Assembly (NCBI GenBank): GCA_964252075.1
Contig: CAXULY010000015.1
Coordinates: 32,001 to 96,000 of the forward strand
Source of the DNA: an uncultured Deinococcaceae bacterium
GTDB lineage: Bacteria > Deinococcota > Deinococci > Deinococcales > Deinococcaceae
DNA: 64,000 nt
Reading direction: 5' to 3'
In this document: one piece after another, positions 61,023-64,000 of the stretch
Numbering within the stretch: position 1 is the first letter of the stretch
How the letters are laid out: each line of letters starts with the position of its first letter
Translations under genes and position numbers: made by a program
The notes under the pieces: generated by a model
The model's database searches: none
What the model was told of the DNA's origin: nothing
Seen by the model: only the letters and a program-made list of their open reading frames with translations

Positions 61023-62153
61023 TTAGTCTCGCGTGATTTGCGGCGGCGATGTGTGAAGTGAAGCCAGATGCGACTGGCTGGCGTCCCGTTTGTAGAAGGG
61101 CAGTTCGACCCGCGCGGCGGGCACGTCCCGCCCACGCACCTCGATGGCGTACTCGGCGTCCGTCGCGGCGTCCGCGCGCACCAGCGCGAGCGCGATGGGG
61201 TACCGCAGGGTGGGGCTCGTGGTGCCGCTCGTGACGCGCCCCACCACCTCGCCGCGCAGCTTCACGGGGTAGCCCTCGCGCGGCGGGACCTTCTCCAGCC
61301 GCAGCCCGATGAGCCTCTGGTCCGCGAGGGCGTCCAGGATCGCGGCGCGCCCGTGGAAGTCCTTGTCCTTCACCGCCCAGCCGTAATGGCTGGAGAGCGG
61401 GTGGATGTCGTCCGCGAACTCATGCCCGTACAGCGGGAAGGCCGCCTCCAGCCGCAGCGTGTCGCGCGCGCCCAGCCCGATGGGCGTCACGCCCACCGCG
61501 AGCAGCTTGTCCCACACGACTTCCGCCTGCTCGGCAGGCACGAACACCTCGAAGCCGTCCTCGCCCGTATACCCGGTACGCGCCAGCCACACCGGGAAGC
61601 CGAACAGGGTGGTTTCGAAGAAGGCGTTCTTCTTCTTGGCACTCAGGTCCACGCCCGCGTACGGCTGGAGGGTCGCCTCGGATTTCGGGCCCTGCACGGC
61701 CAGCAGGCCCCAGTGCTCGCTCTCGTCACTCAGCTGCACGTCGAAGCCCGCCGTGAGGGCCTGCAGGTGCGCGAAGTCCTTCTGGATGTTCGCGGCGTTC
61801 ACGACGATCAGGTACTCGCCCGGCGCGACCATATACACGTACAGGTCGTCCACGAGGCCGCCCCGCTCGTTTGGCAGGAGCGTGTACTGCGCGCGGCCCG
61901 GCCTGAGTTTGCTCACGTCGTTCGTGGTGGCGCGCTGCAGGAAGTCCAGGGCGCCCGCGCCCGTCACGCGGAACTCCCCCATGTGCGACACGTCGAACAC
62001 CCCCACGCCGTCCCGCACGGCGGCGTGCTCCTGCATGACGCCCTGGTACTGCACGGGCATGTCCCAGCCGCCGAAAGGCACCATGCGCGCGCCCGCGCGC
62101 AGGTGCGCGGCGTGCAGGGGCGTGCGCTTCAGATCATCGGTAGGCTCGCTCAC
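61023..62153 (-). CDS. gcvT: Glycine cleavage system aminomethyltransferase T
   Basis: [34 protein letters not shown] and [18 protein letters not shown] 7 nt before GTG. Confidence 0.96.
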   Translation of the reverse strand: MSEPTDDLKRTPLHAAHLRAGARMVPFGGWDMPVQYQGVMQEHAAVRDGVGVFDVSHMGEFRVTGAGALDFLQRATTNDVSKLRPGRAQYTLLPNERGGLVDDLYVYMVAPGEYLIVVNAANIQKDFAHLQALTAGFDVQLSDESEHWGLLAVQGPKSEATLQPYAGVDLSAKKKNAFFETTLFGFPVWLARTGYTGEDGFEVFVPAEQAEVVWDKLLAVGVTPIGLGARDTLRLEAAFPLYGHEFADDIHPLSSHYGWAVKDKDFHGRAAILDALADQRLIGLRLEKVPPREGYPVKLRGEVVGRVTSGTTSPTLRYPIALALVRADAATDAEYAIEVRGRDVPAARVELPFYKRDASQSHLASLHTSPPQITRD

Positions 62154-62314
62154 GCCCGCGAGTCTAACACGCGTTAGGCACGCGGGTTTTGCCGTGGGTG
62201 ACCTTCTCAGAAACCGTCAGTTTGGCCCGCTATGCTGAACAGTGAGCCCGGCCCCAGGCCCGGCCTAAACGCAGCACCCCGCGCCCGGAGGCGCCTCACC
62301 ATGCGGTGGACCGT

Positions 62315-64000
62315 ATGAAAATCTTCAACGCCGTGGCCGCCGTGATCCTGCTGGGGCTCGTCGCGTTCTTCGCAGGGCTCTTCGCGTGGGGCCGCAACCT
62401 CCCGAGCGTCACGGACCTCGACGTGCTGGAACTCGGCGGGAAGACCGCCGTGTACGACCGCGCCGCGCAGCCGCTCGGCACGCTCGACCCCAGCCTCACG
62501 AGCGGCTCGCACGTGAACCGCGACCTCCTGAAACTCAACCAGATCAGCCCCGAACTGCAGGCCGCCGTCGTGACGAGCGAGGACCGCCGCTTCTACCAGC
62601 ACGGCGCGATTGACGTGCAGGGCCTGCTGCGCGGCCTGTTCCGCAGCGCGGCGGGCAACACACAGGGCGGCAGCACCATCACGCAGCAGGTCGTGAAGAA
62701 CACCCTCCTCGCGGACATGAAGGACCAGCGCACCCTCCCGCGCAAGTTCCGCGAGGCGCTGCTGGCCTTCCAGGTGGAGCGGCGCTTCAGCAAGCAGGAG
62801 ATCCTCACGGCGTACCTGAACGTCGTGTACTGGGGCGCCGGGCAGTACCGCGACGCCGCGCGCTCCGGCACCAACCTGATCGGGGCGCAGGCGGCGGCGC
62901 AGGCGTACTTTCGCACGGACGCCCGCCACCTCACGCTCGCGCAGAGCGCGTACCTCGCGACGCTCCTCCCGAACCCCCGGCGGTACTTCTACTTCAAGGA
63001 CTACCGCCCCCTCATGCACGACCTGCTGGACCGCATGGTGGAGGACGGCCGCGTGACGCGCGCGCAGGCGGACGCCGCGTGGCGGGAGCGCCTGGAGCCC
63101 GCCGGCTGGAACGTGCGCTACGACGGGCGGGGCAACGTGGTGTCCGCCACGCGCCTGGACGGCGAGTACCGCAGCGTGCCCGCCCCCTACGTGCGCTTCG
63201 GGGACAGCTACCTCGACGAGGTGGACCGCCAGGCCGCCGCGCTCGTGGGGCGCCGCGCGCTGTACGGCGGCGGCGTGAAGGTCTACACCTACCTGGACCG
63301 CACCACGCAGGCCGCTGCCGAGCGCGCCAGCCGCGACGCGCGCATCCCGGCGGGCGCCACCATGGGCATGGCCTTCCTCGACCCACGCAGCGGGCAGGTG
63401 CTCGCCCTCGTCGGGCAGAAACTCGGGGACGGCGTGCTGGAGGAATGGAACAACGCCACGCGCGCGCGCCGGCAGGTGGGCAGCAGCATCAAGCCGCTCC
63501 TGTACACCACCGCCCTCGCGAACGGCTGGCAGCAGTCCGACACCGTGCTGGACGCCCCCCTGGACGGCAACTACCAGCCGAAGAACTACGACGGGCGCTG
63601 GACGGGGCGGCCCGTGACCCTGCGCTACGCGCTGGACCACAGCCTGAACCTCCCCACCGTGCGCCTCGCGCAGCAACTCGGCCTCAGCAAGTTCGAGTCG
63701 CGCCTCACGAACCTGGGCCTGGACGTCCCGGACGGCGCCGGCCTGCCGCTCGCCATCGGGACGCTGCAGGCCAGCCCGCTGCAGATGGCCGCCGCATACG
63801 CGCCTTTCGCGGCGAACGGGCAGTACCGCGACCCGCGCCTCATCTCGAAGATCGTGGGGGAGGGCGGCAAGGTGCTGTACCAGGAGCCCGCCTCGCAGGC
63901 CCGACAGGTGTGGGACGCGCAGACCGCGTGGCTGGGCCTCGACATGATCCGCGGCGTCGTGAACGACCTCACGCCCGCCGAGGGCGGCCTCGGGTGGCGC
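62315..64000 (+). CDS. Class A penicillin-binding protein (transglycosylase/transpeptidase), partial at the window end
   Basis: Read manually from ATG 62315 (absent from the ORF track because it has no stop): TM anchor, EDRRFYQH, QGGSTITQQVVKN, RKFRE, GSSIKP (SxxK) and SLN. Confidence 0.9.
   Translation, partial: MKIFNAVAAVILLGLVAFFAGLFAWGRNLPSVTDLDVLELGGKTAVYDRAAQPLGTLDPSLTSGSHVNRDLLKLNQISPELQAAVVTSEDRRFYQHGAIDVQGLLRGLFRSAAGNTQGGSTITQQVVKNTLLADMKDQRTLPRKFREALLAFQVERRFSKQEILTAYLNVVYWGAGQYRDAARSGTNLIGAQAAAQAYFRTDARHLTLAQSAYLATLLPNPRRYFYFKDYRPLMHDLLDRMVEDGRVTRAQADAAWRERLEPAGWNVRYDGRGNVVSATRLDGEYRSVPAPYVRFGDSYLDEVDRQAAALVGRRALYGGGVKVYTYLDRTTQAAAERASRDARIPAGATMGMAFLDPRSGQVLALVGQKLGDGVLEEWNNATRARRQVGSSIKPLLYTTALANGWQQSDTVLDAPLDGNYQPKNYDGRWTGRPVTLRYALDHSLNLPTVRLAQQLGLSKFESRLTNLGLDVPDGAGLPLAIGTLQASPLQMAAAYAPFAANGQYRDPRLISKIVGEGGKVLYQEPASQARQVWDAQTAWLGLDMIRGVVNDLTPAEGGLGWR

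Noticed and set aside
61023..61090. GcvT C-terminal extension after PFYKR
   Set aside because: It is a short low-information tail, most simply explained by stop-codon drift.
62154..62314. Glycine riboswitch upstream of gcvT
   Set aside because: No aptamer motifs were seen, and the -10 box sits 7 nt from the start, leaving no leader.

Overview
High-GC bacterial chromosomal window, very probably from a Deinococcus species. This is inferred from gene content and from the many genes that have a TANNNT -10 box 5-8 nt before the start codon and no SD. Most of it is housekeeping or metabolic: speA, udk, csaB, prfC, rpmE, ilvA, alaS, dps, gcvTHP, a class A PBP truncated at the right edge, two sugar ABC clusters, a GH2 beta-mannosidase and LacI/TetR regulators. 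The main anomaly is a ~2.1 kb AT-rich island (about 55,600-57,660) bounded by two copies of the same 35-bp hairpin. It encodes an ABC-type ATPase and a DUF4276/TOPRIM-like partner, a defence-like gene pair. The ATPase N-terminus carries what looks like the RecA N-terminal polymerisation motif (AIHSAMSEIEKQFGKGEIMSL), suggesting an undescribed RecA-docking or RecA-decoy system. Other leads: a promoter-to-terminator small RNA with ~22 nt complementary to the 16S rRNA 3' end; a CxxC/RGPP leader ORF before copC; a divergent pair of apparent pseudoenzymes (E2-like and LeuDH-like); two degenerate resolvase-like domains beside a response regulator; a Zn-ribbon/HEPN-like ORF; and a second structured intergenic element. 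No rRNA, tRNA, CRISPR array, transposase or integrase was found. All family assignments come from motif recognition by eye, not from database searches.
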